Origin: Bryobacterales bacterium
Lineage (GTDB): Bacteria; Acidobacteriota; Terriglobia; Bryobacterales; UBA6623
Direction: 5' to 3'
DNA length: 64,000 bases
NCBI GenBank assembly: GCA_965248105.1
Contig: CBDFIK010000005.1
Coordinates: 923,714 to 987,713 of the forward strand
Part shown: piece by piece, positions 62,423 to 64,000 of the stretch
Numbering within the stretch: the first letter of the stretch is position 1
Layout of the letters: each line of letters opens with the position of its first letter
Program-made: the position numbers and the translations under genes
The notes under the pieces: generated by a model
Database searches by the model: none
Told to the model about the DNA's origin: nothing
Seen by the model: only the letters and a program-made list of their open reading frames with translations

Positions 62423-64000
62423 ATGGGTATTCGCGGTGCCGTAACAGCCTTGCTCTTGTCGTCGAGCTTCGTGTCGATCATCTTGCTAGGAGGCTGTAAG
62501 TCTTTGACCACATCGGATCAAGACAAAGATTCCAGCTGGGATTCTTTTCAAGAGGAATTCATCGAAGGCTTGTTCGAGGTCGATCCTGCTTCGGCCGTTG
62601 ATGCCGGGCGGCACGACTTTGACGGCAGGCTGCCGGACTGGAGCACCGAAGGGCTGGCACGAGCAGCCGCGTTTCTAAAAGGCAGCCGCGAACGAGCGAA
62701 GGCCTTTGAGACCAACCGTCTCAGTGAGCAGCAGCAGTTCGAGCGGGATTATCTTGTAGCGGTCGCCGATGAACGCCTGTTCTGGCTCGAAACTTCCCAA
62801 GCGGCCTATCGCAATCCGACTTTTTACGCCGGCGCTCTTGACCCGAACGTCTATGTCACCCGCCAATACGCCCCGCTTCACCAGCGGCTGCGTTCCTACA
62901 TTGCCTACGCGAAGAGTCTGCCGCGAGCCGTCGAACAAATCCAAGCCAACCTGCGCACCCCGCTACCCAGAACCCACGTGGAAATCGGCCGGACGGTGTT
63001 CGGGGGATTGGTTTCGTACTTCCAAAAGGACGTACCTAGTGTGTTCAAAGCTGTCGAGGATCAAGCAGTACAAGCCGAGTTCGGCGAGGCTAACGCCGAA
63101 GCAATAGCGGCGATGAGCAGCCTGGACGCTTGGTTGGGCGAGCAAGAAGCGGAAGCGAACGACGACTTTGCGCTCGGGCCGGATTTGTTTTCGCGGATGC
63201 TTTACGAGACGGAACGGGTTGGGATAGGTCTCGATCGTCTCGAACAGCTTGGGCGCGAGGACCTGGAACGAAATATGGCAGCCTTGGAGCAAGCTTGCGC
63301 TGAGTTCGCATCGGGGAAGACCATCGCGGAATGCGCAGCGCGGGTCCAGTCGCGCAAACCCGCCCAGGGACCGGTGGCGGCTGCCCGAGAACAGCTAGGC
63401 AGCCTGAAGCGGTTTGTTGCGGAAAACGATCTCGTGAGCATACCGGGGACCGAAGAAGCCCACGTCGCCGAGTCGCCCCCCTACATGCGATGGAACGCGG
63501 CCTACATCGATATCCCCGGTCCGCTGGAAGCGAATCTGCCGTCAATCTACTACATCGCACCGCCTGATCCCACCTGGACGGAGAAAGAACGCCAAGACTA
63601 CCTTCCAGGCGCTTCCGATCTTTTGTTTATTTCCGTGCACGAAGTCTGGCCCGGGCACTTTCTGCAGTACCTTCACTCCAACCGATCCCTGTCCACCATC
63701 GGACGGCTTTTCGTCGGGTACGGCTTCGCCGAGGGGTGGGCCCACTACGTCGAGGAGTTGGTCTGGGAAGCGGGACTCAACCGCGGTGATCACGAAACCC
63801 GTGTCGGCCAGCTTCTGAACGCTTTGCTGAGGAATGTACGGTATCTGTCCGCGATCGGTCTGCATAGCGGTCGCATGACTGTCGAGGAATCCGAGCAGAT
63901 GTTCCGCGAGAAGGCCTTCCAAGACCCGGGGAACGCTCGCCAACAAGCGGCGCGGGGAACCTTCGACCCGGCCTATCTGAACTACACACTGGGCAAACTG
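62423..64000 (+). CDS. DUF885 family lipoprotein (3' end outside window)
   Basis: Translated by hand (absent from the ORF track): lipobox LGGC, GRHDFDGRLPDWS, VHEVWPGHFLQ, FAEGWAHYVE, YLNYTLGK. Confidence 0.9.
   Translation, partial: MGIRGAVTALLLSSSFVSIILLGGCKSLTTSDQDKDSSWDSFQEEFIEGLFEVDPASAVDAGRHDFDGRLPDWSTEGLARAAAFLKGSRERAKAFETNRLSEQQQFERDYLVAVADERLFWLETSQAAYRNPTFYAGALDPNVYVTRQYAPLHQRLRSYIAYAKSLPRAVEQIQANLRTPLPRTHVEIGRTVFGGLVSYFQKDVPSVFKAVEDQAVQAEFGEANAEAIAAMSSLDAWLGEQEAEANDDFALGPDLFSRMLYETERVGIGLDRLEQLGREDLERNMAALEQACAEFASGKTIAECAARVQSRKPAQGPVAAAREQLGSLKRFVAENDLVSIPGTEEAHVAESPPYMRWNAAYIDIPGPLEANLPSIYYIAPPDPTWTEKERQDYLPGASDLLFISVHEVWPGHFLQYLHSNRSLSTIGRLFVGYGFAEGWAHYVEELVWEAGLNRGDHETRVGQLLNALLRNVRYLSAIGLHSGRMTVEESEQMFREKAFQDPGNARQQAARGTFDPAYLNYTLGKL

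Overview
GC-rich bacterial window, probably from an Acidobacterium (Bryobacteraceae/Solibacter-like gene content; this is inference). Housekeeping genes: tandem glnA pair, hemH, cyclophilin, RNase J, nadD-like, pdp, suhB, hfq-like, moaD-moaE fusion, nuoA, rsfS, rlmH and a DUF885 lipoprotein running off the right edge. Accessory DNA includes: a tRNA-Pro 3' fragment (att scar) and an intact tRNA-Val(GAC) bracketing a block with a large secreted alpha/beta-hydrolase, an O-antigen-ligase-like protein, a TPR protein and a DUF3987 remnant; one intact and one rearranged IS21; an IS1380 interrupting a gene; a RAYT transposase with REPs; at least five families of short, mostly CTAG-bounded MITE-like repeats; a nucleotide-transporter-HEAT / cNMP-binding / two-component module divergent from a TonB receptor; an orphan KamA-type radical SAM aminomutase; a decayed TIR-NTPase-TPR gene; and many gene fragments. 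The best leads for novelty are (i) a strand-specific structured RNA plus unannotated 41-aa ORF beside the tRNA-Pro att scar, (ii) the NTT-HEAT/cNMP/HK-RR/TonB module, (iii) a 107-bp palindromic double-left-end IS21 derivative, and (iv) the tRNA-Val island. No CRISPR array or rRNA was seen. All calls come from reading motifs by eye; no database searches were run.
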